Program-made: the position numbers and the translations under genes | Source of the DNA: Podarcis bocagei | Taxonomy: Eukaryota | DNA: 64,000 nt | Direction: 5' to 3' (one strand) | Assembly: GCA_964188305.1 (NCBI GenBank) | Contig: OZ076893.1 | Notes under the pieces: model-generated | What the model was told of the DNA's origin: nothing | Database searches by the model: none | What the model saw: the letters and a program-made list of their open reading frames with translations, nothing else | Part shown: positions 1 through 11,708 of the stretch, one piece after another | How positions within the stretch are numbered: position 1 is the stretch's first letter | How the letters are laid out: every line of letters begins with the position of its first letter

Positions 1-863
1 GCATACCACTTTGCAGTTCCATTAAGTAACTTTCAATTTCCCCTTTCAATGGCTGCTCTTTATCAGTCATAGAAACTGTATATGAGGTAGAACTGAGTGG
101 ATATTTTAGAGAGAGCTGGTGAGAAGGATGGACAGATTCCATATCTATTGGACAAGGCATTCCTAAAGGTAATGATGTGGCAACCATTTGGTGTGCAGAT
201 GTTGAGCTCTGCATGGACTGAATCTGAGTATTGTAGAGATTTAATTGCAAAGTGTTTGTAAATGGCTTTGATGTCAGTTCACTGGAAGATAAAGACATCA
301 CTGGAAGTAACTCGTCCTTTATAGGCACAGAAACATTGCAAGGAAATGGGTCTAGTAGATCCATTGGCTCCGTTTTGACCTTCAGAAGTTCTTGGTTGTG
401 ACTTTTCTTCATATGCCGTGTTAGGTGATCCTTCCGGCCAAATCTCTGTGCGCAATACTGACAGAGGAAGTCCTTTCTTCCAGTGTGCACTACCATGTGT
501 CTCCGGACATCCTTTCGGGTGTAAAACCGACGATCACAATGTTCACACTGGTGCTTTTTCTCCTTCACTCCACCTGATGATTTGCCTGCATGAGTTTTTA
601 GGTGCTCCAGCAACACCCCTGTGCTTTCAAATGTCTGCAAACATACTTTACAGGTGAGGTCACCACTTGTTGCAGCATGCAAAGCCAGGTGACGTTTAAA
701 CCCAAGCTTCGTGTTGTAGTTCTTTCCACATTCTTCACACTTAAAGGCCTCTTTATTGGGATTATGTGTATGTAGGTGATTCTTTAGGTGATCTTTTCGA
801 TGAAACATTTTCTCACAATAATTACACTTGTGGGTTTTCTCAGGAGAATGAGTAGCCATATGC
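1..863 (-). CDS. PLAG1: PLAG1 zinc-finger transcription factor, last coding exon (partial; continues beyond window start)
   Basis: Acceptor tgtttcaag|G at 864-865, then an open frame HMATHSPEKTHKCNYCEKMFHRKDHLKNHLHTH...CEECGKNYNTKLGFKRHLALH...CQYCAQRFGRKDHLTRHMKKSHNQELLKVKTEP...IKDE...LKGEIESYLMELQ. This has C2H2 fingers 3-7, SUMO-type motifs VKTE/IKDE/LKGE and a Ser-rich activation region. Confidence 0.98.
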
Positions 864-1390
864 CTTGAAACACAGATATATTCTGTAAGTAATTATTTTG
901 ATCAAAAAGTACACGTGTTCATTTAATGGCAGCTAAATACTAAACTATTTTTTTCAAACAAATATTTTGCAAAAGACATGTCACTATAGACATTAAATGC
1001 CATACTTAAATATACCAAATCACACATTACAAGCAATTTCATTTCAATTGACATTTTAGTTTGATGTTTAAGTTATTTTAATAATATATTTCATTATATA
1101 TGAATATTTCAATTATGCCCATAGCAAAAATGCTCAATTCATACACTTCTTTGCAACATGTTTATACAACTGAAAAAAGCTTTAAACTCCTCTTTGAAAA
1201 CATAAACAAAGACTGAAAGATATTAGCTTGTAAAACTATGCACTATAGTTTATACTTCTACAATCTGATGTCTAAATTAACTAACATTTCCTCCCTGCAA
1301 ATCAGCTGAAGTGTACACAGATATATACGTTTACAAAGCTTAAAATGGCCAACAAATGATAATATAATCTGAAAAATAAATAGAGTTTAA

Positions 1391-1682
1391 NNNNNNNNNN
1401 NNNNNNNNNNNNNNNNNNNNNNNNNNNNNNNNNNNNNNNNNNNNNNNNNNNNNNNNNNNNNNNNNNNNNNNNNNNNNNNNNNNNNNNNNNNNNNNNNNNN
1501 NNNNNNNNNNNNNNNNNNNNNNNNNNNNNNNNNNNNNNNNNNNNNNNNNNNNNNNNNNNNNNNNNNNNNNNNNNNNNNNNNNNNNNNNNNNNNNNNNNNN
1601 NNNNNNNNNNNNNNNNNNNNNNNNNNNNNNNNNNNNNNNNNNNNNNNNNNNNNNNNNNNNNNNNNNNNNNNNNNNNNNNNNN
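1391..1682. other. Assembly gap (292 N)
   Basis: Run of N. Confidence 1.
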
Positions 1683-1752
1683 CTCCACTAAATGATTTAG
1701 CTTTAGATGGCTTCTCAAGTTTCATGTGGTCGTTAAAGAAAGCAAAAAGGGA
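1394..1752 (-). CDS. PLAG1: PLAG1 ATG-containing exon (human exon 4 equivalent); only the 5' 70 nt are visible, the coding part lies in the N gap
   Basis: Poly-T acceptor ttttttttccag|TCCCTTTTTGCTTTCTTTAACGACCACATGAAACTTGAGAAG matches the start of human exon 4 as recalled. The 3' boundary is inferred from the recalled ~359-nt exon length, not seen. Confidence 0.8.
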
Positions 1753-4700
1753 CTGGAAAAAAAAATAAGAAACAACTATTTGTAACTACACTTAATTTTG
1801 AAGTTTACTTGCTATGTGATGTTTTTGAATAAAGCTTATATAAAATTAGGTTCAGCTGGTCTAATGTAATATATGTAGGCTCATTTAAGCTATTTATCAC
1901 AGCTCGTAATTCACTGCTCAGGATGGACAGAACCACATATGTGCTGAAACTACATCTTGCCATTCTTTTGAGGTTCTTGAGGCAATGTAGTAGTACTGCA
2001 AGAATTTATCTAAGCCTTCAATAAAAGTAACTGTTCCTATATTTCTGTAGAAAACAGTTTCGTATCTTGTATCAAATCAAAGTGATATTGCTAAGTGAGT
2101 GCCATCTACTGAAGAAAAAAAAGCACAATTCAAAAGGAATCTAGTCTGAAGCAGCACTGTAAACTGGACTAAAAATAATGGTGCATGATACAGCACTCCC
2201 ATGACTATACTACTACAGAACTTTGGGGGAAATGCAAGTATGAATAGCCTTATACAAAATTTTTTATTGCCTGTGGAATACAAAATGTCAAGGAAAAGTC
2301 CCAGTGAACAGATAACTATAATGTCTAACTCAGTGTCTTCTGCCCTTATAGTTATTTATGCACAGAGACTTCAAAATACAATGATGATGATAATAAGTGT
2401 ATTCAATCATGCAAATCCTCAAATTGCATTTCAGAGTGCTATAGTCCTGAATGGTCTGTACCATGCAATTGTTCTTCATGTGTAGAAGACCCTAATATTA
2501 GCTACATAAGGATCTGACTGACAGCCAAGCTGTGGTGATTTAGTGCTCAGGAATTATATGGGCACAAGTATGTCAACATCTACAAGAGTTATCTAATCCT
2601 TGCTTTTAGTAACCATGAGCACTCTGCAATCCTCTATTCCTAACAGTACTGTTTTTCAAATATTAAAACTAAGCTGAGATCATAGATAGCAAGGCCCAAG
2701 AAGCTATTAAGGAAACAGATTGGAGGCTAGATATGCAACTGACAGATACTAAAGGTTTATAAGGAAAGACAAGCATAAGCATAGAAGGTACCGTAATAAG
2801 ATTCACTCAGTGGTGTAGTTTGCATGTCATGGTAAAGCAAACTATGGCTTACTGAAACCAAGTGAATGTGACGGCTCCTGGAGAGAAGCTCACACCTGCT
2901 TTGCTCCTCCCCAAGCCTTTTAGCAGTATGGAGTGGCATCCCAACCCAAGATCATGATGTCTCCTCAACCACGATCTGTAACCAAAGGACAAATCCCAGG
3001 TTCAGAAGACACACTAAGCTGAACCTTGACTTAGCTGTTGCACCACACTGTGCTAAAAGGTTGGGGGAGGACCCAGGCTCTTTTCTGGAGCCAACATGTT
3101 CATGCAGTTGCAATAAGCCACAGCTTGGGTTACAGTGATATGCAAACTAGGCCAGTTCCTCCTAACTGAACGATTGTCCGTAAAATCTTTGGTGCTTTCA
3201 AACAAACCATGTATTCTAATGAACACCTAGTTACCACCCAAATATTTAATCTGTATATAAACTTTTGAAAAACTTGATATTGTTTTAAAAACATCTATCA
3301 GTGGATAAAAAAATAAACCTACTTCTTGGGGGACTGGGAATGGCAAAATGTATAGATTAGCCTAGCATGTTTTTTGTTGTTTTATTGATTTCTGCACTTC
3401 ACATTGTAAAAAGAAAATGATTTTGCTATTCATAATTTGTGCCAATGTCTTTCTAAACAAACTAGATAAATGATGTAAGAAAAAAAATACCTCCCTTTGG
3501 GAAAAGTGGTAATAATTATCTCCAGGATGTTTTATCCACATGCTAAAACCTGGTAGTAGCAGATTCAGCTGGTTATTTGGGGAGCAACCCTCTACAGACA
3601 TTAAATTCTAGATTTTTAGGCTTGGCTACCACTACACTTTAACATAAGGAAGTTCGCAGACAGCAAGTTTCCTGTCTCTTCCACCCCCTTGCAGCCACCT
3701 GCCCTTCATGAAAAGCCTTTCTGGAAGTCATGGAAGCGGTGGTGTTCATCTGAATGCCCCTGTTGTACAGCAGCCTCATCATGGCTGTACAGTCAGGACC
3801 AGAATGCAAATTTGTGTGCTCCTGTCCTCCCGAGTGAGCATCCCTAGCCTCTGATATTTAGGGCTTGCTAAGATTGATATTATGCCTGCATCAGCAATTT
3901 CATTAACCACACTTAGCATCAACCACAGTTGATTTTTTATAAAGTGACTATTGAATATGTAGGTGCAGTTGCAATACCAATAGTTAGCCCAAAACTGATA
4001 GAGGGAGCCAGACCCATCTGAGAAGGCTCAAACCTCAGGGTTCAAGTTCTCGGGGAACTGCTGATCTCTCATGTACTCATGATTAGGCCACTGGGAAAGC
4101 CCAAAATAGTTCTAAGAGCTTTTTAACAGCAGAGAGGAAAGGGCAACTATGAAACTCACAACTGACACACTAACTGGGGGTGGGGTGAGGGACTACATTT
4201 TTTGATAAAATGGTACATTTTAATGCATCTTCCACAACAAACTGAATAACATACCCCTATTTGTTGTGTCAGATACTGATACTCTAAGGACGTCCTAAGT
4301 GAAAAGGAACTGAAGCTGTTCCAGTGACCAATTGTTGTGTCCCTCAATTAGCAACAAAAGCAAACAAGTGCAAGTCAAACTACAAATGAAAAATAAAGCA
4401 CATTTAATTATTTGCCTGCCATCTTTCTAACCTTTCCTTATTGGTACCAATAATGTTTAATTAAGAAAATATGATTAAGTAGGAACTGGGAAGCAGAACA
4501 TGCATTCCCAAAATTCAGTTGTGGGTCCCTATAAAAGTATTAAGCGAATGAACTGCAAAACCTAAGTGAGCACAAAAAAATAATAAACTACAAGAAGTGT
4601 TTATGGAAATACTTAATGAATTCAGAAAGAAAGCATAACATCTCATGGTGATTACTGCTTCATCATAATTCCGTAGCCTTATGGCATCTTCAAGCCCTAT

Positions 4701-6098
4701 AAAGGAAGCTACACCTATAGTGAACTGCAATTTTATCTACCCACATAGATTTAGTGGTAAGATTTTCAAGGATTTGTCTCAATACAGTGATGACATTGAA
4801 CAAATTGTAAGGCCTTAGAAGTACCTTGGAAAAGAACTAGAACTGCTGCCTTCTGATGTCAGGAAGTTGTGAGTAAGCTCAACCATATATGTTTGTGCAT
4901 GTGTGTGTAATTGCTATACTTAAAAAAAAATGGGTGAGACTATCTCAAGACCCTACATAGAGCACAATCACCTGCACCGTGGACCACAGGTAGTGGTGTG
5001 TCCAGCTGTACAGCAGGAGGGGTATGACTGAAAGAGAAAAACCAGTATGAGAAATGCTGAGCCCTTGCCCCAGCAACAGGTTTTTGTTCTTATTTTTGGC
5101 GACCAAAACCAGTCCCCCTAGCCACGTTTCATTTTGGTCTATGAGTTCAGCTACTTGTAATGGATTGTGGGGCTCAAAAGCTAGGGACAATGAATTCAGC
5201 AATCCTCTTTCACCACCTCTCTTTCACTTTAAATATACTGTGCTTTAGAGTTGCACTGCAGACCCATGTTTGAATGCTCAAGTCTACTGCTACTACATCT
5301 AGCTAAGGCCTCAAGAATATTTAATTTAAGGAGTTGAAACTATGTGCTGAATAAGAAAGATCTTTATTGCTCTGGAATCTAACCACTGAATTCATTACGA
5401 TGATGCAAATGCTAATAAATTAAGTGCAGCTATGTCCTCATATAAAAACAGTTTCAGCAGGCAGGATCCAAAGAGGCGTGTGCATGCATGTACAGCACTT
5501 CCAAGAGTACCGGGGTGGGGAAGTTGATCTTCCCTTACAACTGCACCACCTTGTGCTCACTGAATTCTCTCCAGAGTGTGCCCTAACCGTTAGAAGCAGC
5601 TGGGAGGAGAGAGAGGGAAAGGAGAGGGATGCACGCAAGGAGCTTCAGTAGAAAGGGTGGATCAGTAAAGCCCTAGTGCAAACATAGAACATTGCATATG
5701 GTCCTCTGGAGCCCAGCCATTTAAATTTGGTTATGCTGGTCCTGGAATAAATTTCTGATTAAACCACTCACTGGCTTATTATTTCTAGCTATCTAGATAA
5801 GCTAATTCAATTGTGGATGTACAGGCTGAGCAATGCAGACAGGATTTTAACATTAATGTTCGAATATTACACTTCTCAAAGACCAGCTGAAAAATTTTTG
5901 AGTCACAATGCCTATTTTCAGCTTCAGTATATTATTACTTATTCATATTTGTTCTTTCACAACTATAGGATGGATGATACAGTTATTAGAAACCATATTA
6001 AATCTACGTTAAAAAACAATACTTTTATATATTTTGTACCATTTTAAAAGGTGTTCATACTCAAAACAGATTTATGGTAGCCTCTGTTCAGTGCACAC

Positions 6099-6202
6099 CT
6101 GGTGATGGATAACGAAGAAAAACCTTCAGATTTTGGTCTTAACCAGTTCCACTGACATGTCTAGGAGCAAACCAGAATCCAGTGCTTCCCATTTTTGTTG
6201 AT
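6099..6202 (-). other. PLAG1: PLAG1 non-coding 5' leader exon (human exon 3 equivalent), 104 nt
   Basis: ttctgctttgtttttcag|ATCAACAAAAATGGGAAGCACTGGATTC...CATCACCAG|gtgtgc; resembles the recalled human exon 3 (AAAATGGGAAGGATTGGATTC...ACTGGCTAAGATCAAAGTCTGAGG). Confidence 0.8.
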
Positions 6203-8309
6203 CTGAAAAACAAAGCAGAAGGGGCTAGACATTAGTGAAGAGGTTGACTTCAGAAAACTAGATATCAATGGGAAAGAAAAATAGCCTGTGCTCATACTTT
6301 TTATGTTATATAACAATAATTAACAGTAATCATGATCCAGATTTTCTGCATGCAAAGAACAACATATCTTTTCTCTAGACAGGACTAGAAGACAGCAAGT
6401 CAGAAGAGGAGATAAGCTAGAAAGCTAATATAGTCTTCTCCCACCCTTGGTGCTAAGACAACAGTGTTGCCCAACAGTACACTCCTCTTTCTGGCTGCAT
6501 GCAATCTTCTAGTCTTCAGCAGACTAACAGAACCAGGAGCAGTTCTGCACATAGGATCCAAGTAACTGAATGTGCCCAGAGGAAGAATGTTCTGTGAGAC
6601 ACTGCCATTACATGAGAACCAGGAGGGATGATGTAATCAATCTTCACTACTCTTCTTGTTTGCGTCCTCATTCCCTGTTCTGTTCCTTCCCCTTGATTCA
6701 CTCACTTGTTTCCAGTCCTTTGCACATGGAATCAACATGCTTTACAATGGTCAATGCATACCAGCTTACCATTACTTTTTAATTTAATGCACGTAACTGA
6801 TAATGGTGAATTACAAAAGGTAGTAATTCCATAAGCAACGGCAATACCATAAGCTAAAGAACTCCAAAGATGAGAGTACAAGTGTTTGAGTTCCACTTTG
6901 AGGTGTGGGTGCATGCATGCATATGATTTGAATGAAGAAGTATCAGTTAGAAGAATAGTTAAGCACTCTTCCCCCATCCTGTCTCTTCACCAATCATACA
7001 TGTCCCTGAAGTGGGGCTTCCAGTTATGAAAAGGGATAATGGGCAGCCATTACACGCACTTATACATAACTTGCTCCATCGTCTGCAAGTATGAATTGCA
7101 ATATGGATCAAATTCAAATTCTTTTTTTAAAAAATAAGGACCCACCTTATTTCTTTAATTTTAAGTACTGTTAAACTGTTTTAATACTGTGTTTTAATTG
7201 TTGTAACCTGCCCTGGGACTTTGGGTGAAGGGCTGCTAATAAACTGTAGCAATAATAATACAAACAAAACAATTTCTCAATCCATTTACATTAGAGAGAA
7301 CAAATTGACAAGACAAACAATGTTACTTTTCATGTGTTGGACAAAGATTAGCTTTAAAATGAAAAGATTACTGTATTAGTTTCAAAGGCCTATTCACATA
7401 TAACACTAAGCCATGGGTTATATAGGCAAAGTGTGATTTGTTCAGCCATCCGAAGCATGCCCAGCAGACTAACTATGGTTAGACTAACAAAGCCATGGTT
7501 TGTTGTTGGCATATGAATCATGATTTGTTTTTAACTATGGTTTGTCATTATGTCTAAATCCTGCAGCCTCACCTAACCATGGTTTGTTTGACAACCCCAC
7601 CTCAGACTCACACCAAAAATGGTCATCCCACCATAGATACAATCATAAAATATAAAACTATAACATGCAATCTAAACAGTTTTAATAGGAAGCAACAAAA
7701 AACAGAGCAGACAATGTCTGAGAAATGTTAGAAGTACTAAAAGAAATAACTTATTTATTTCCACTGGGGATGGGCTAGGAAATTTTAGAATACAATCAAG
7801 AAAACAAAAAATATAGTTATTGTTGAATTCACTATTGTTGTTTACTTTATACAAAAGAGATACTGTTCAACATTTATACATTGATATTGTGTATGATTGA
7901 CTCAAGAATAAGATATGCACAATATTAGAGAGTATTCTCTCTTCCCACAACTTAAAATAGAATGAAAACAGCACTTATCAAAGCGAACACTTCCATTCAG
8001 ACAGATGTTCCTATTCTAGTTGGTTTCATATAAAAATTGTTTAATTAGGGTGAACACATGAAGACCAAAATGTAATACTTATTCCAGTACAATTTTTATT
8101 AATTATTTACAAAAAATTTCACACATCAGATACAATTTATATGTTCAAGTTAGCAATGTATTATTGTTAATACATTGCACATATTTAGTGTACTTAATAA
8201 TAATGATAGTAATAATAATAACAATTTTAATATTTATACCCCGCCCATCTGGTTGGGTTTCCCCACAATGCATCAAAGCCAATATTCTCACTGTAGTTCC
8301 TTACTGTAG

Positions 8310-8445
8310 CTAGTTGGTAGAAGAGGAGGCTCTTAATCTCAGGGTTGTGGGTTTGAACACCACATTGGTCAAAAGATTCCTGCATTACAAGGAGTTGGAC
8401 TAAATGACCTTCACAGTCCCTTCTAACTCTATAATTCTATGACTC
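8310..8445 (+). mobile_element. Squam3-like tRNA-derived SINE
   Basis: tagttggtagaag...ctcttaatctcagggttgtgggtttgaac...ttggactaaatgacc...cccttctaactctataattctatga. Confidence 0.7.
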
Positions 8446-8816
8446 TCTGAAAAGCCTGTCCAGAGGACTGGGATGTCTCCTGAATAGTAGCTTCAGTGAG
8501 ATTGCTTTTTGCAGGCTGTGCTGGTGCCAGATAGTAGTACTACACCTGCAAAAATCTAAAATCTAAAAAAAAATCAAGACTTTTATCACAGACACGTGTG
8601 TGTTGATGACCTTTCGCCATTAAAAAGAAAAACTGTTTTGTGAGGTTCCTCCCACATTTGGTTATCAAGATAAAAACACAGTGCCCTTTTCTCTCTCTCA
8701 AAATGATAACATTGTAAAATGAAGTGTATAATATCAAGTTGTGATTTTATATCTAAATAATCATTTCCCTCACCCCAATGACACTCGCACTTTGTTTGGA
8801 TATAACTTTTAAACTA

Positions 8817-8967
8817 CAGGGGAATCCCCACTTACACGGGGGTTCCGTTCTGGGACGCACACAAGTGGGGATTCACCCATTCTGCCCTGCCCTTTTTTAT
8901 CGCCATTTTTGGCACATTTGTCAGCAGGAGCACACATGCTGATTGTGCGCAAGTTGGGAGACATCTG
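8817..8967. mobile_element. Tc1/mariner (Tigger-like) MITE remnant
   Basis: TA|CAGGGGAATCCCCACTT...AAGTTGGGAGACATCTG|TA; degenerate TIRs and TA TSD. Confidence 0.55.
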
Positions 8968-10287
8968 TATATTACTGCTTCTTAATCATATATTTCAGTT
9001 TAAATTTTTTTTGGACATATTTATTAAGGCATATTTCTGCAGGTTTTTTTTTGTTTGTTTTGCTTTTAACAGACTGGATCAAATGCCAGTACGTTTATAG
9101 AACCAGAAAGTTTTCCTGTTCAAAATATTACAAAACAACCCACAACACTGGGCATATAAGAGTATTAACAGACTTGTTAGATCAGATGAAGTCTAGTGCA
9201 GCTTTGTTTTCAATGGTGAATAGCCAGATGCTTCTGTTCACAATCAAGACATGAATATGATTCTATTTCCCACCTGCAAGTGTCCCTAGCATCCAGTATG
9301 GAGAGTTATACTGTCTCTGAACGTGGGTTTAGATATTATGGTTGATAAGAAGTACCTTCAATTCGCAGAGCTGTGGTAGAATACTAAAAAAGATTCATGT
9401 ACAGGTGTGGTTAGGGGTAGTTTGACAGGACTGGTAGGGTTTATAGCATTCCCACTTCTGGGAGGCATCAGCCATCCCTGCTTGTAAACATGGGAATGCA
9501 CCTATAATTATAAATGTGAATAAAAGTCAATGTACAACCTAACTAAGAGCTCGTCCACTTGTTCTGTGTCTAAAAAAAATGGGGCCGGTCTGAGTGCTAT
9601 TCTGCTGGTCCCGTGCTTTCTAGGCCTGGGTCTGAATGGCTATGTGTTTGCCCCCCAGCTTTCGCCTAGGAAACATACTCTTGACTGCTGAATAGGAAAA
9701 AAACAACAATCCACAGAAAACCCAATTGCAATTTGGTCTGATTCAGTGGTAAACTGGGGGTTTCTCTGGGGAAAAGCAGCGGGACAAATGGAGGTGTGGA
9801 TGAGACCCTAAAAGGCATCATGATATGACGCGTCATGGTTGGACGAAGGAGACCAGAATCCTAAATCAGTTCTGTAGTCAATTTAAAGAATGAAATATTG
9901 TGCCCATTTTTCAGTCAAACACACCTGACCAGATTTTTGTAAGCATAAAAGGAGTCATCCTCAGGAATACCGGATTACATATGTAATAAACGTTTGTTAA
10001 AGCAAAAACATACAAAATAATTAAAAAAACCTTCACCCACCTTTCAAGCCAGACATGTAAATAACCACTTGCCTAGATATGTAGCAGCTCACAGGCAAGT
10101 GGGAACTCAGAACTCTTGATCTGCAGTACATCCACATCTCGTGTCTAGCCCTTTAAAAATAAAAAAAAATTCCATCGCAGAGGGCTGAGGAAACTTTACA
10201 CTTTCCAGGTATCAGAACCCAAAAAATGCCTTTTACCAGTTCTGTCTGGTTGACCAGCTACAGCTTTTCTTGAACAGTGATAACTTA

Positions 10288-10745
10288 ATAATAATAATTT
10301 ATTACTTATACCCCTCCCATCTGGCTGGGTTTCCCCAGCTACTCTGGGCAGCTTCCAACAAAATATTAAAAATACAATAAAACATCAGACATTAAAAACT
10401 TCCCTAAACAGGGTTGCCTTCAGATGTCTTCTAAAAGTCAGATAGTTGTTTATTTCCTTGGCATCTAGTGGGAGGGCGTTCCACAGGGCGAGTGCTACTA
10501 CCAAGAAGGCCCTCTACCTGGTTCCCTATAACTTTGCAGTGAGGGAACACCCAGAAGGCCCTCGGTGCTGGACCTTAGTGTCCGGGCTGAACGATGGGGG
10601 TGGAGATGCTCCTTCAGGTATACTGGGCTGAGGCCATTCAGGGCTTTAAAAGTCAGCACCAACACTTTGAATTGTGATCAGAAACGTACTGGGAGCCAAT
10701 TTAGATCTTTCAGGACCGGTGTTATGTGGTCTCGGCAGCCACTGC
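10288..10745 (-). mobile_element. L2 LINE 3' portion
   Basis: (AAT)n tail plus the typical squamate L2 3' sequence (atacccc.cccatctggctgggtttcccc...agggctttaaaagtcagcaccaacactttgaattg). Confidence 0.8.
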
Positions 10746-10769
10746 TGTTATATGTGTTGGTAACCTAAA

Positions 10770-10885
10770 ACTACGAACATGAGTTTGACCAAACTGCGGG
10801 AGGCAGTGGAAGACAGGAGTGCCTGGAGTGCTCTGGTCCATGGGGTCACGAAGAGTTGGACATGACTAAACAACTAAACAACAAC
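10770..10885 (+). mobile_element. RTE/Bov-B-type LINE 3' end inserted in an older L2
   Basis: catgagtttgaccaaactgcgggaggcagtggaagacagg...catggggtcacgaagag...(CAA)n tail; flanked by AACCTAAA direct repeats (10762-10769, 10886-10893). Confidence 0.75.
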
Positions 10886-10893
10886 AACCTAAA

Positions 10894-11260
10894 GGCTGGA
10901 TTACTGTAATGCATTCTATATGGGGCTTTGGAAGTTCCTGATTTGGAAGCCCATACAGATAGGGGTGCATGGCCGACACCGTGACACCACTGTTAAAACA
11001 TTTTCACTAGCTACCCATTTACTACTACGTCATGTTCATTGATTCGCAAAGCCCTGAACAACTTGAGAGATCCAAGGTACCTTATATTTCAGCTCAATCA
11101 CTGAGTTCATCTGCAAGAGCATTGTTAGTCATCTCCAAAAGCTGGTAAAGCTCACCTGACAGCAATAAGAAATTGCACTGACAGTTCTAGAATGCTCTGC
11201 CAATAAAGATTCAGCAGACATCTTCTATTTTAATTTTTACATTTCCACTGAAAAGCCCCC
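10894..11260 (+). mobile_element. Old L2 ORF2 3' fragment
   Basis: YVLVT/RLDYCNAFYMG motif, interrupted by the RTE insertion. Confidence 0.6.
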
Positions 11261-11506
11261 TGCTTTCTTTTGCAAATAGCACTGCCACTTTATCTTTTTT
11301 TGTACCTGATGGAGACCTGGTAATTGACCACAAAAATGCAACAACATGTACGCTAAAGCTCACAACTTACACACTTTTAACTTGTATGCATTCAGCTTTC
11401 CATACTTGGCAAAAAAAAAAAAAAAGAATAAATACCAAGGGGGTGGATATCCAGAAAAGACTTTGGCAATGCCACCTGTCATTGAATGTGATGTGTTCTG
11501 ACTATA

Positions 11507-11708
11507 CAGGCAGTGACCATTTTAGGAATGTCTAATATGTGTGTGACTGCACATGCACACATCACGCCAAACTTAAAGTGACCCAAAAGTGACAAAAAGG
11601 AGTAGAATAGGGAGTTTGCAGGCTTTTTAAATGGGTGTTCTGACTATACACAATTTCACGTAAGCGTGCAGTACCTCGGAACATAACCCCTGCACAGGTC
11701 ACTGCCTG
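11507..11708. mobile_element. Tc1/mariner MITE
   Basis: TA|CAGGCAGTGACC...GGTCACTGCCTG|TA; 12-bp perfect TIR. Confidence 0.8.

Noticed and set aside
1302-1718. 138-aa ORF across the N gap
   Set aside because: Artefact of N translated as X.
9370-9870. Possible LTR/DIRS terminal fragment
   Set aside because: No defined termini or TSD visible.
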